DNA of 64,000 nucleotides from the NCBI RefSeq assembly GCF_037042905.1, contig NC_087247.1, positions 37,138,001-37,202,000 of the forward strand, read 5' to 3'. The translations under genes and the position numbers were made by a program. A model generated the notes under the pieces. It was not told the DNA's origin. It ran no database searches and saw only the letters and a list, made by a program, of their open reading frames with translations. Of this stretch, positions 40,179-53,700 are shown piece after piece. The DNA is from Lytechinus pictus (lineage: Eukaryota). The first letter of the stretch is position 1. Every line of letters starts with the position of its first letter.

Positions 40179-41497
40179 CTCTAAATAAAAAAAAATTTAA
40201 AATAAATTCAGACTGACTATAAGTATAGTGACTAGAAAAACTATGGGATCATACTAGCTTTAAATCTCGAATGATTGAATTGAAATCAGCAGAGCACATA
40301 ATCATACCATGCAGAAAGACTCCTTTCAAAGCTGCACTTTACATGTACTTTATTATGACATGAAAAAATATGTCTGTTGTTGGCTTGATGCAAGATGCAT
40401 TTACATGTAATCAACTGCAGTGGGGTCCCTGGATTTGGCTCGAACAAGCTTCATATAATTCCATGTTTTAGGAGTTACACACTGCGCACCCCAAAATTGA
40501 GAAAATGGGATATAGGCCTATATCTGAATATGAAATATAATATAAAGCAGTATATCAATATCCAATCAATTACTACCAATCAATTAATTTATAGTGGTGA
40601 ATATCATAAAACTATAGGCCTACTTCTATAAGGCATAGGCTACATGTAGTAGTTGAAGGATATGTGCATTTTTTGTTTTTGTTTAATTTTTTTCAGTTTC
40701 AAATTCAACCAACATTAATTATAAGTCTGCATTGTGACATCAGGACCCTGCACAATACAAACAAAGTTCACATAACACACAGGAGTCAAGTGTTGATTTA
40801 TCACAGTAGGTTATTGCCTTTTGATTTCCTCACACAAATTATGTTTGTCCTGCATTCCAGCTTATTTTTCATTAGTCTGGATGATACAAGGAGAAGCATA
40901 CTATCAACTTTCATGATCAAGAGGCATTTACCCATTAGCAAACAAAATTGCATGTTTTTAAATAGTTTCAACACCTTGTAGAACAAAAAAGGTATACATT
41001 TACAAATAGCTTCAGACCTTGCAAAGCACATTTGGAGTGCAAACCAATTAAAGGCACAATGAATTAAGTTCTAGATTTGAACACTATAATGAACATGATA
41101 AGTGATAATCATGGATTTACATGGACAAATAAAACATGAAAATATTTCAAAATGAATGCATTCTTTCTGCATGAAGTTTCAATATCACACTGCTTTTGTT
41201 AGAGCACAACGGACAATCAACAAACCTGTCCTTGAATTATGGGAAGGTGACTCTAATCAGAAGCAAACAATCAAGGGGAATTTGCATTTTACACTTCTAT
41301 AATTATTTCCGCTATCTGGAATTGAATGTTTATAACTCCATGATTAAATATCAATATATTCCACAAAAACTGTAATACCAAAAGGAAACCAGCAAAGCTC
41401 TGGCATATGAATGACATAAGGTTGACACTTTAAAATGCTGACAACAATAAATTAGTTTGAATTAGGGGAATAATCTTGGATTGAATCTGTAATCTAC

Positions 41498-41588
41498 CTG
41501 TTTTGTATGCTTTGAAGAAGTCCATAGACCTGGCCAGCGAGACCATCAGGTGTAGATGAAGAAGTTGGAGCTTTCACAGGCTCATCAT
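41498..41588 (-). CDS. ADAMTS9: ADAMTS9/20-like exon A (late prodomain): (x)DEPVKAPTSSSTPDGLAGQVYGLLQSIQN(S)
   Basis: Strong acceptor (ttatttttcttttcag) and donor (CAG|gtagat). 91 nt and open. The phase-2 end (AG) joins the phase-2 start (C) of exon B to give Ser in frame. LAGQVYGL resembles my recollection of the vertebrate ADAMTS9 prodomain motif LAGDVAAL. Confidence 0.75.
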
Positions 41589-43063
41589 CTGAAAAGAAAA
41601 ATAAAATAACATATAGAATTTGATCAGGTATAAGAATGGAATTGTAAACCTGGAACCTTTTGCAAATAATGTCAAACTTAATATTCATACTTGTAGTTAA
41701 AACCGGTAAATCCCCAATTTCCTCTCTTCTTTATCTTTGTGTAAATACCAGAAATATGGTATAATTATTCTTCATCCCTCTTGTGATCTCTCCACACCAA
41801 AAATGAATGGTTTTTAAGTCACAAAAAATTATGTAGGGTATCATTTCATTTTATTTCTTTTTTTTTCATCTCCCTGCAACTTGGTGTTTGACAAAATATA
41901 TGAACCTAAACTGAATAAAAGAATATCCAAGAAAATCTGAAATGAAGATATTTCAGACAATTTTGTCAATGTAATTATCTTATTATGGGCTATTGCGTCA
42001 CTGTCACTTCACTGTTTTGCTAGCTATCAAATTTCCAAAGTCTAATTGGCCCTTATTATAAATTTCATCCATTTATATTCAAAATAAATTGAAATAAGCT
42101 GTAGTTAGAGACCGGCTGAACATGGATATCATATCAATGAAATCCTTAATAATTTGAAGATTTGAATCTAAATCATTCAAAATTTTGAGTCATATCTTTA
42201 GGATTGAAAATAAATCTAGAGTTAAAAATAATAGGCGATCTGGATATTTTGAATTCCTATTATTCAAATTAGCTAATCACATTGAAACCTCTTCAGATTT
42301 GTCCTACTATTCTTTATTTCTTCATCTGTTTATTTTGACAATTAGCTCTTGACAGATCTAATTAATCCTTTATCCTCTAAATGTCAACACCTCATAATTG
42401 CTCTTATCTATGCAGACATCATACTCAATGTACCCTAGGGAAAATAAGACTGAATCATTCTTATATAACCTTCGCTTCATGGACTTACAATGACTGTACA
42501 TAACATCAACAACAGGTTTGTGATTTGTACGTCCTATATAGGCGCCAATGAAATTGAAAATTTATGGTCCAATGAAAGTTGAGACTGTGGATTTCAAGTT
42601 TTTCTCTAAAATTTACCAGAATTCATAACTTTCTCATACCTTCTTTTTAGGGTACACCTGTGAAGTGGTTATGGTCAATCTACAGCTCAAAATATATCAT
42701 ACACAGCATCTTTTGCTAACATTATTTTCATATTCGAAAAGATATATGTACTAACTCAAATTTGGTCCATTTTCATAAAAGAGACCCTCGCGCTATGTAG
42801 TGTTACCAGGAGTAAATATTTTCCACAAAACAAATAAAATCTTACATTTCAAATACTAAACACTCAAAACATCTTAAAACACATAAACTCACACAACAAA
42901 TATCATATCATCTTTCATTATTAGTACAAAAATAAATATATTCGTAAATAAAAATATTCGGCCTGACCAACACTCAAATTCAATATAAATCTATAACACT
43001 TTCTGTCAACATTCTTATATGCACTGTTGCTCCTGAGGAGGGAGAACAGAGAAGAATCATATG

Positions 43064-43077
43064 GTTACCATGGATAC
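43064..43077. promoter_or_regulatory. Candidate RFX X-box
   Basis: GTTACCATGGATAC (reverse complement GTATCCATGGTAAC) fits the X-box consensus. Confidence 0.4.
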
Positions 43078-44730
43078 GAAACTTGATCAGAGGAAGGGAC
43101 CCCCTTACTCATCTTCTGCTGGCAATCAAAAAGGTGATTTTTTATGAGGAACTTGGGTATATGTTACTTTTCCCCAGGAGTGGCTGGCACCAAAACATGA
43201 ATGGTCTCACCTTGAATCATGGTGATTTGATTAACTTTGAAGTGTATTGTTCCTTGGCATGATGTTTAAATTTTCATAGTGTTTTAAAATAAAGGTGTTT
43301 AGTTACACAGTAGGTTTAATAAGCTGTTAATATAAGTGCAATATTTGAAACCATTATGTTCATTAGATAACTTGAGTGCAATGACCACAGACCAGATAAA
43401 TGCTTTCCCTTTTTTGTCAGTACTTGGTGTCGCTTGACAAGGTGACCTTCTATGAATGATGTGCCAATTCTTATCTCTTACCACTTCATTGTAACTCAAA
43501 TTTGTAAAAAGGATCTAAATATGAATAAAGCATTATTTTTATAATAAATGACCTTCAATGATGTACACAAATTTTAAAAAAATATTCGAACAAAAAGTTT
43601 TGATGTTATATTGGTAATCCTTCATTCAGTCAGACCACTTTTATCATAAGTTTTTTTTTCAATTGATCATTTTCAAATGCACTGACCCCAATCTATATAG
43701 CTGCCATTACCAAGTACCATATAAAATCTACCGATTGATAATAATGCCACATCATAAATTCAGTAAGCCTTGATGTAACTGTGAATTTCTTTCCAACTTC
43801 CGTGAGGGATTTTCCTGAATGTAGGAACCAACTGAAGAAAGATCATGATTCTAAACTGCATGAACTCTCCATTCCTAGACAAGTGGCACATCTGCCACAT
43901 TAAAGATTATTCATTTTTAAAAGTTTGAACTCACAGTCAGACAAAAAGAGAAAGTAATTATGCCATAAAATACAAGATGTGATTTGAATTACAATATTTG
44001 TCAATGAAATTAATGATTAAAATGTCAATTTATTTCAAACATCAGGTCCCAGAAAAAAAAGGATATCTTATTATAATTCTTTTTTAGAGGGGGGGTAAAA
44101 ACACTTCTCAATGAAGGAATTTTAAGTTCTATATCCATGTCTGCAACATGGAATTTGAAAAAAATATTTTCTAAATAAATTCCTTCAACAGGAAAGTAGG
44201 CATACAGGAAAATACAATTCTTTTTAATGAATCTGTCAATGAAAGGTGATATAATGGACATCACACTTCTGTAGGAGTGGAATGGCAGAAAAAGGGAAAA
44301 TAGAACCACACTAAAAAAATAATTCCCTGATAAACCTTTACCAAATTTTAAACAGGCTTTAACGGACAGCAGTCCTACTGAACTTGATAGGGTGGATGAT
44401 TCATACTTTGGTTACTTGTCAACCTCATTTTTCATCAGGTCTTTGATGCTGGTGTCCCCACGTAGCAGTGTAAGTGGGAATGGACACCTGTAGAGAGGGG
44501 AATCCTCAGGGTGGCATGGGGATTAGTTTCTAGATCCATTCACCTGTCTAGTCTAACAACCATCCCTGCATATTCTTGATAACAAGGTCACTCAGGTGGT
44601 ACAGGTTTACAAGGTTCTGATCAAAATGCATGACAGGATGGAATTCTATATAGAACATTGTGAAGCAAGCATTAAGCAATATTGCACAACTAGTCGTTTG
44701 AGAAAGGTTAAATTGTATTCAAAACCCTAA

Positions 44731-45313
44731 AGGAGAATGAAACCCTTGAAACCAGCTGAATCCATATCAAACAGAAAAATCAAAGAAACATATTGTTGAA
44801 AGTTTGAGGAAGATTGAATGAATAATAAGAAAGTTATGAGCATTTGAATATTGAGATTACTAATGCCATGTAGATCCTCCATTGGCAATGCGACCAAGAT
44901 CTGTGATGTCACACACGTACAACTCCCTCATTACTTTAGTACTTATTTCACTTATATTCTCACTTTTACAGAGTCTATCACAAGGTGAGGTGTTCTCTTT
45001 ATGAGAGGACAAGTACAGAGGTTTCACAACATTATATCATTGATGAATTGTTTGTCATATGATTAGAATGAGCAAAAAGAGATGTTTCAGGGTACATTTT
45101 CAGTGTCCAAAAGGGGAGAGTTGTTCATCTGTGACATCATAGATCTTGGTCGCATTGCCAATGGGAGGATCTCCATAGCATTAGTGATCTCAACATTCAA
45201 ATGCTCATAACTCTTCTATTGCTAGTCCTATTTTACTCAAACTTTTGTTGATCTTATTCTTTGATTTTTCTGCTTTCACAAAAGCTAACTTGCTCCAAGA
45301 GTTTCATTCTCCT
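44731..45313 (-). mobile_element. Kolobok/T2-like MITE, family A, copy 3 (inverted relative to copies 1 and 2)
   Basis: Reverse complement of copy 2 with scattered substitutions and the same TIR. Flanks are CTAA and TTTT, so the TSD is imperfect. Confidence 0.9.
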
Positions 45314-48130
45314 TTTTACAAATAGGTCTCTACTGGATAAGAAGGGGGGGTTAGGGTTATAATGGTGTGAAATAAGGGTAAAAATCTTGTCCGTCATCAC
45401 AAACCGGAGTGCTACATGCATACATCATCAGTAGTTTACACAGAATCACTAGTACCCTAAGCATGCAAACATAATATAGAGGGTTCATTCTAAGTCAATT
45501 GGTCAACATCCTCAGAAGTATAAAGATTTTTTAACCACTGTAATGTCACATCAGGTGTATGTTGTGATTCTGTTGTGCAAATGTCAGGAAATGTCAATCA
45601 AAAGAAGACTACCCCCTTCCTACTGCAATTAGGCATACTACTTCTGCATCGTAAAAAGTTCAGACAGGCAGGCTCAGTTCCATAAAAATGTAACCATTTA
45701 GATGTGTAATAACACAAATCATTACTAACGACTCACTTCTCTCACGAAAGCTATTTTCTTCCATATAAAATAAAATCAATTAGGAAAAAAATATTATTTA
45801 ATTTTTTTAATGATTTGGTTAAGGACATGCTTTGAAAGTGGAGAGCATCATGGACAGGGTTGTTTCAAATAATGTTTCATCTTGATGAAATAATGGAAAT
45901 GCACTTTCACAATTTTCAAAGTAACCAATAAGGTTCTAAAAGTTTGGTGCAGTGTGGATTCAAATCCTCCCCTCTTTTTATGGAGGGGGGAGAAGAAAGA
46001 AAGTGAATATGCTGGCCACTTTTAAAGTTTTCAAACTCATTCACGATAAACCTCTTGTTCTTAGTCACATTCTGACCATGCACTTGGACCCATTCTTCAA
46101 TGTCAAGTCCAGTCTGTGCAGACCCATCTAATCCTCTAATGACATTACTGTGTTCTTTTGCTCTACTTTTCATCAAGTTTCCATAGCTTTTGCTCTGTGT
46201 GCATCACGTTCAACCCGCATCACCCAAGAGGATTTGCATGGTGTTGTAATACAGTCAAAAGAAATTTGGCCAAACTAAGTCTGACACCTCTCTGCCTTTT
46301 GCCCTATTATTTCATTCTTTCCTCACGTACATTCTCCTTTCCTTCTCTTTGATGACAATTCGGGAATTTGGGGTGTCTGCTTTGCTGGGAGTGTCTGATT
46401 ACAGATGTACTTTTATCAAGCAGTCATGGCTCAGTTACAGGAGTATACTATAATGATTGAAACAATCTTCTTTATATCCTCCAGCAGCCATGAATGGAGT
46501 AAAGAGAGAGAGAACATTGCACCCTAAATATTGACAAGGCATTTCATTGGAGTACAGTAATGCTGGAGGACACATGGCTCAAGGTATGTTCAAGGAGTAA
46601 CTCCTTGGTATGTTCGGTATCAATGACAATGATTACATCAGATTTTTCACCTGCCATTGTGCCAAATTAGAACTTTGTTTTAAAAAAGGGCACCTTGTAT
46701 TGACCTTCCATATTGAAGGGCAGTTTGGAGTCACTTTCACTGGACCATCTAGGAGGACCAGTCCAAGGCAACTATGTCTATGAACATGCAAAGTTAATCC
46801 AGGAAGCAAACCTCTGAAATGATCTAGAAGATTTCATAGAACGGTTTGGGCTTGCGGATTTTCACCTGAAGGTGTTGTGTACTTTGCTGGAAATTTCAAA
46901 GGTATTGAAGGGTGACATAAGTAAGTACAGTGTCAAAATGTGCAAAATATTTGACCCCACTGCCCAACAATCAAAATCTTCTCATAGCAACTAGTCTAGA
47001 GTATTCCAGTATGCTGACAATGCGACTATGAACGAAAGCACAGTAGGCTTACACCTTTATAGCAGCTTTTGGACCACATCAGTCCAGAGAAATTACTGTG
47101 AACAATGTCTAAGCCATTTTTATGAAATCCCGAATGAATCGGTACACCTGTAGATACCAAATCACATATTATTAAAAGAAGAAGAGAGGTTATCAAGCCT
47201 GTTGTTCTATTAATGAAATGGTTGTTGCCTTGGATGTTCATCTCCCCTTAACACAGGAACAGGTGAACTTGGCAAGCCAAATACTCAGGTGGTAGAGGAC
47301 AAGGTTGGAGGGCTCTACCTGAATACCTTAACATAATCCTGAATCAGACTTGGCTTGACCCCCAAGGTGTCTCTTCATTCCAACAGTCTACATTCATGAT
47401 CTTCGATCAGCTCAAAGGTGCTGATAGTATGCACTAAAAATGATATAATACTAATAATGAATTCGAATAAGATCAACCATTTTTAAGGTTTTAGTTATTA
47501 AAATACCATTGTCATTTTATCTGATTCTGCACAACACAAAACATAATAAAACCCCCCCAAAAATAAAACCATCTAATTTTCCACTTTTCATATACATGAA
47601 GAGTAACAAAACTTCAGCAAATTCACCAGTTTAAGAAATTATACTTTTGAATTTGAAAAAAAATCATTCTTTTTTTTTATTTGACAATTTATTATTATCC
47701 AATTATAGCAAAAGTAGATCAGGATGGAAATAATTTTGAGCCCACATGCCCGTTGTACCTTTCAACACATTTTTGGAACAAGAGCTCAAATTCTTTTAAA
47801 AATAGGAAAACCTATCCAGACAGGTGTTGCGGGGATACCAATGTATTTATGAAAGTGCGTAGTCAGATAATTAATATGTCCTTTGGCGTCATTGCAATCA
47901 AGCACTATCAAGTGGGAACAAGGTAATATCCTGGATGAACCATCTCCATTCAATTTCTTTATTTAAGAGTCTAAAATTAATAATATCTGGTTATTGCAAA
48001 TTCACCTGGCAAGAGTGGACAAAGGCATACTATTGATAGACCGATAAAATAAGGTGCTTTCATGCCCACTTGCTCATAACATAAAAAGTCTTATTGATGT
48101 TTTATAGGGATGTGTAAATGCATCAATGTA

Positions 48131-48280
48131 GGAAATAAATATTGACAATTAATTTAAGGAGAGAATAATTATTTCTACGTAGTTATTTTTTCTCATTTGG
48201 TCGGTGGAAATAAATATTGACAATTAATTTAAGGAGAGAATAATTATTTCTACGTAGTCATTTTTTCTCATTTGGTCGGT
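48131..48280. repeat. Tandem duplication, 2 x 75 bp
   Basis: 48131-48205 and 48206-48280 are identical except for one base. Confidence 0.95.
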
Positions 48281-49591
48281 GTAAAAAAGTCTTATGAGTT
48301 ACAAGAAGAGCATGTTCCTCCCCTTGAGATTACATTTTGCATTTAAGCAATCAGATCAGATTTCACAGTTCACTCATCATAGTTCAATCAATATTTGACG
48401 TACTTCTGTAGAGAGTGTACAAAGAAATATCATATCTCTGTTGGAGCCATCTTCCCTTTTTATAAGAACACACGTCTTTTTGTCTGGATGAGACTTTTGA
48501 CACCTCTCCAAAATCCCAGCCAGCCTCCCTTTGGCTCTCTACTCACTGCAAGACCTGCCCTTTGCCTTGCACCTGACTTGAACCATCTTGAAGGCAACAA
48601 CCCTGACATACTAATCCTTTGCAGACCAATCTTCAATTGTCACATTTTGTCTGAGTAAACTTTACACAATCGATCAAATGTTTGCCAGTAGTGTTAACAT
48701 GAGAAGAGTAAACTAGCCTCAGACGCCACTGCCCCAGCCCCTGTTGTCTTTTCACAGCTAAAGAGCTTGTTCTGTTCACCTCTTTCCCGTTAAAACTTTT
48801 GTTTGAACTATGGTGCTCTCATTCCCTCTGCGGTACTTTCTTTCTTCCTTCAGGTACAGTTTCACTTCATCTCTATTTTATTTACCCTTTACTTCATATT
48901 TCTCTCAGTTCCATTTAAATCAAATATGAATAGGCCAATATTTCAGATTAATTTCATTTTCAGATGACATAGCCCCACTCATATTCACACATGCCCCGAC
49001 ATGGTTTCAGTCAGTGGAGGGCAGACACCCAAGGACCTGGAACAGAACTGGCCCTGAGCCTGGTCATTTGCCAGGGGACTATGGTGTTTGAACCAGGGAT
49101 TTATTCAGTGATTGACATTATTGAACAAATTTTTTGGAGATCAACGACTAAAAGAGTCCACAAAATACTTCACACTGAACTAGCCACTTGGGGCTACTTG
49201 TTCAATTGTCCCCCACAAACACTTTTGACATAACCTACTCTTCAACCTGTAAAAGAGCATCTCAAACTCAGGGGAGGGGGTACTCAACTATTAGTATTAA
49301 TGGCTTCAAACTGTACCTTTACTAGAGAAGGGGATCATATCTTTCTTTCTGTTTTTTTGACCAAGCAAGCATTCAAAATTCCTCCCTATCAACCCCCTCT
49401 CTCTTTCACTCCACTCCCTTCCCCTCTCATACACCTTCCAAAGTGGGCTTTTCCATATTGGCCACTGAGGTCCTCACATCACGAGTGAAGTAAAACTAAA
49501 AGCATACCCTTTCAGACTACCTTTTCTTTGCTGGTAAATACAAGGTGTGCATTTGAGCTCTGCCAGAAGTACAGCAAGCTGGGATCATAAA

Positions 49592-49799
49592 AGGCCAAGT
49601 TCACACTGATGAAAAGTTCAATGTGAAAATACAACAACAAAATAATAAAATATATTGGTGAAGGTTTAACAAAAACCTTTTTAAGATTGAGAAAGTTATT
49701 AGAAGTTTTTTTGTGATTTGTGATGACTAAAAAATGTTTTCTTTCAGGAGTGGATGTGAAATGATTTGTCTGAAATAAAATTCAGAGTGAACCTCCCCT
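49592..49799. mobile_element. Degenerate, internally deleted Kolobok/T2-like MITE
   Basis: Left AGGCCAAGTTCACACTGA versus right TCAGAGTGAACCTCCCCT|TTAA. The left flank is TAAA. Confidence 0.45.
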
Positions 49800-50671
49800 T
49801 TAAAGGCAGCACATGGTTGATTTTATCTCTGATATCATTCTGTAATGAATCTCTAAGTATCCTTTTCATGCTGCGAAGTTCAAGAAGGAAAACTGTTTCT
49901 CTGTGTTCAACTTTGCCTGTAATACTTTGCCTTTCACCATCTACTACAGCCTTTCCCCGCCAAAGTTCATTGGGGAAGGACTCATTATAAAAGGGGTATC
50001 AAACTTTGCAGTGAATGAACAAGTGTAGAAAGGACATTCACTTTTCAAGACACCTTCCTTTTCTCTATCACAGCTACTTGTCCCTTTCCTATTTCAATCA
50101 AACTGTCAACACCTTTGAAAAATTGACTTGTGGATTGAAGATTTTGACCCCATTCACAGGATTATGCCTTTATTTTTGTCCCTTCCAAGTAATATCACTA
50201 TATTGACAGAATACAGGTGCACTGGGTTTGCATACATGCTGAGATTTAAAAAAATATATATAATCAATCTATTTTACACTTCTTTGTTTGCCGTTTGCTG
50301 AATCCCTATCATACCAAATTGATATTTCATCTAACAAAAGTCACCTGAAGGAACAACAGTCTGTTATTTTCTGACTAAATAATGTAACATGACAGGTAAA
50401 TATGTTAATGAGCATATCTTGTGAAGCCAAATAAATGGTATTTCTTTTATGCAAGTTTATCACAAAAACGACAAAGTAACTTGGGTCAGGGAAAAAACAA
50501 CTATTGAACATCCTAAAATGCCCGAACATAATTATCAATTTTTCTTAAGCTCTGAAGCATGATCACATATAGGGGTCAGTAAGTGTTGCAATGTGGAATC
50601 CATTTTCTGAACCCAGGAACTTCTGTTCCATTTTGGGAGGTCATTCCACAAGGACTGCGCTTTGTAAGGGC

Positions 50672-50673
<2 letters not shown>

Positions 50674-50714
<41 letters not shown>
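50674..50714. repeat. (CAT)n microsatellite, possibly a LINE/SINE tail
   Basis: Pure CAT run preceded by GCGCTTTGTAAG, which resembles the L2 tail GCGCTATATAAG. Confidence 0.85.
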
Positions 50715-50715
<1 letters not shown>

Positions 50716-53700
50716 GAGTTGCTACTCAAAATGCATAGTGGTGAACTTGCAGCTGAAAAGTGTGATCCTTTCAACAAAGTGATTATGGTTCCATTCCAGA
50801 CCCATCCCTCTGGATTTATGGGTAAACTTTGCTTACAAAGAAGACAAAGTTTATAAGCCATTAGAGAGATGCAGGGATGCAAATATTTTCTCAGGTTGAC
50901 CACCCTAAACTTTACAATCACTGGTCGGTTTCTGGTTTGCCATTAGAAGGGATACAAATGACAAACCATGTAATCAAAAGATTTTAACCAGGATATTCCC
51001 CCCATCGAAGACCAACCTCTGTTTTCCTCTATTTTTGTATTATACATGTACATATGTGACCATCCTCCTTACCCTATAACACTGTCTTATAAATAGGTAT
51101 GGCTGTTATATTGGTCTTTATACTGCTGAAAATGAAACATTCTAAAGCATTTTTTTTACATCCTTGAGCAATAATACAAACTCAAAGGCTTGTCTGAAAC
51201 TAATACAAACTATTTTGGCTTAATGATTGGTATTATAATAAATAAAAAGTAACCCACAATATAAATGGTGGATATGCCGGATAAGTCAGTTTCTACTTGT
51301 TGATGAGATCAGTTGGGGTCATAAAGATGTCATACTTCAAGAAACCTTCCTTTGAAGGAAAGCGGCATATAGATCCAACTCCTTGACAGGTCATGCTTCC
51401 ATCAAACATCAATTGAATGAAACTCACCAAGCATGCCAGATCACACCCCATCCCTTTCCCCCAAATCTAACAAACATAAAGGTGGGATAAAGTGTAGAAT
51501 AATCCACTTAAGGTGCTTACTTAAAGACAGACTGGGAGAGATTGGGGAGGGGTAAGGAGTTATTAATACCAGATACATCATCTGGCTTGATTGAAGTCCG
51601 TCACTTGTGGAATTATCCCAAACAGGGAGGAGAAACCAAACTCTACATTATCTACACTACGACTAATAAAGAGATTCATGTTAGTAGCATTTCTTGCTAC
51701 TGATTCCTTACTTTCCATTGATGTTGTATTAGATTGCATACACAGTTTATTTGTTGGTAATAGAATTGTATGCCTCTGAACAAATCTTTAAAAATATCTG
51801 CAAAAACCTATGAATAGACACAGCAAATAAGTAGGCTTATGTGTCTGGTCTACTTGCCTGAAAGTGAATTTATAACAGTGATATTTCAACAACATCAAAA
51901 AATCAATTTTTATTCCATAGCCACTGAAAAGACAGAAACCATAAATTAATTGCATTAGCTCTTGATAGCAAAAAGCAGTACGGTAAGTCACAACATCCTT
52001 CTGGTTCAAACCATTCATATACAATATAGCTATAGGTCTACTCATTAACAACTTACTTATTAACAAATAAATATACTAAACACTACTTTGCATCACTGAA
52101 ACAAATTGTTCACTACAAGTAGAAGTATTTTTTCATCCTTCTTGAGGAATGGAGATTATCCAAGTCGTATATTTTTAAAAGCTAGCCAGAAGTCATAAGC
52201 AGCAGCAGTTGACTAAAGCAATGGATTTTTACCAATTTGAAGGAACACTCTCTCATAAATAAGCTTGAAATTAACTTTCTTAATTGTTAAACAGTAATCC
52301 AAGCATTATTTCCAAATCACATGAGTGACAGACCTAATCCTCCAGCACTAAAGTCAATTTGTAAATGTAATACTTCACAAGGAGAACAAAGGATGAATCC
52401 ATATCCATCTTTGCTTTGAGCAAAATGAGGTATGCCTCTAGGTTGAATTTCATCAGCCTCTTGTATTTGCAAATACAAACTGCATATACCCTATCACCAA
52501 AACACTTCAGAAAACAATTCAACAACGAAACATCCTAACTGTGTGTCCTCATCATAACCTCTAAAACCTATGACAAATATCTCATTAGCGTTATTCAACT
52601 TCTGCATTTAAAATAAACATACAAACCTCAAAAGACTTTTCGATTCCACTTTGGATTCCCCCCCCCCCCCTTTCAACTAAAAAATGATAGCGTCAAATGG
52701 ACTGAAAAAATGTTGCTACCAATGTTTTATATTTTTCTCATTTTTGTTATTTCAATATAATATTTTATGAACAACAGAATTCCAAACGACAACATGAATA
52801 AGGAGACAATTCTTATACTTTGAAATACTAGCCTTCAAGCTCAGACTTCATTCATTCCTCTTAAAATGTAGTTTTTGTTTAACTTTCACAGTAATGTAAA
52901 CAGTAATATAAACATTCATGTAGACTGAAGTAATTCAACTGATATGTTCACGCACAGACAACATTCAATACTTCCTCACAAACTACCATTGTTGACCTAC
53001 ATAACCAAACATTCATCACCTACAAAATTGAAGTGTTCTATTCCTTGGAAAAGTAACCGTATTTTGGGCCAAGTGCAAGAATAGCATGCCCAAACCATAA
53101 ACTGGGTATACAAAAACATCCTGCCAAGTGCATGTCATCCTCATTCCACCTCAAGCACGAACACCAAGTGCAAAGACCAACAAGATGATGATACATTACA
53201 CTGCATCACTTTGTCTCTTCCCGACCCCAACCTCTTTTTATGGACCAGGACATGGGTGGAGATGGGAAGAAAAAGAGGAAGGGTTTTCAAGAGAAAAGCC
53301 ACAGTCAAACATGTTATTTGATGAGCGAAAGACCAGGTAGTGACACGCTGCCAGTTGGTTTGGGCATTCACCTCCATACTGATGAAAGAGATGGATTGTC
53401 CTCTGGTAATAGGCAGACATACTCATGAACTTCTGACATGTTGGGCCAGCAATTTTTTGTATCCCCTTTCTATGACGATATATTCTATTTCTTTCTTGTT
53501 CTTTTTTATGTCATGGATTTGCATACAATTTTTCACCTTCCTCTTTTCACTTGTTATTTTTAGCTGTCATTTTTCTGTCTTCTTCTGCACTGCAAATCTT
53601 CTTATCTCTCTTGTAACATTCCCTTCCCTCACTTATTTTCTTCCACCCTTCCTTTCCTATTCAATCTTAAATTCTAGCCCCCCCCCCCCCTCCCCTCAAT

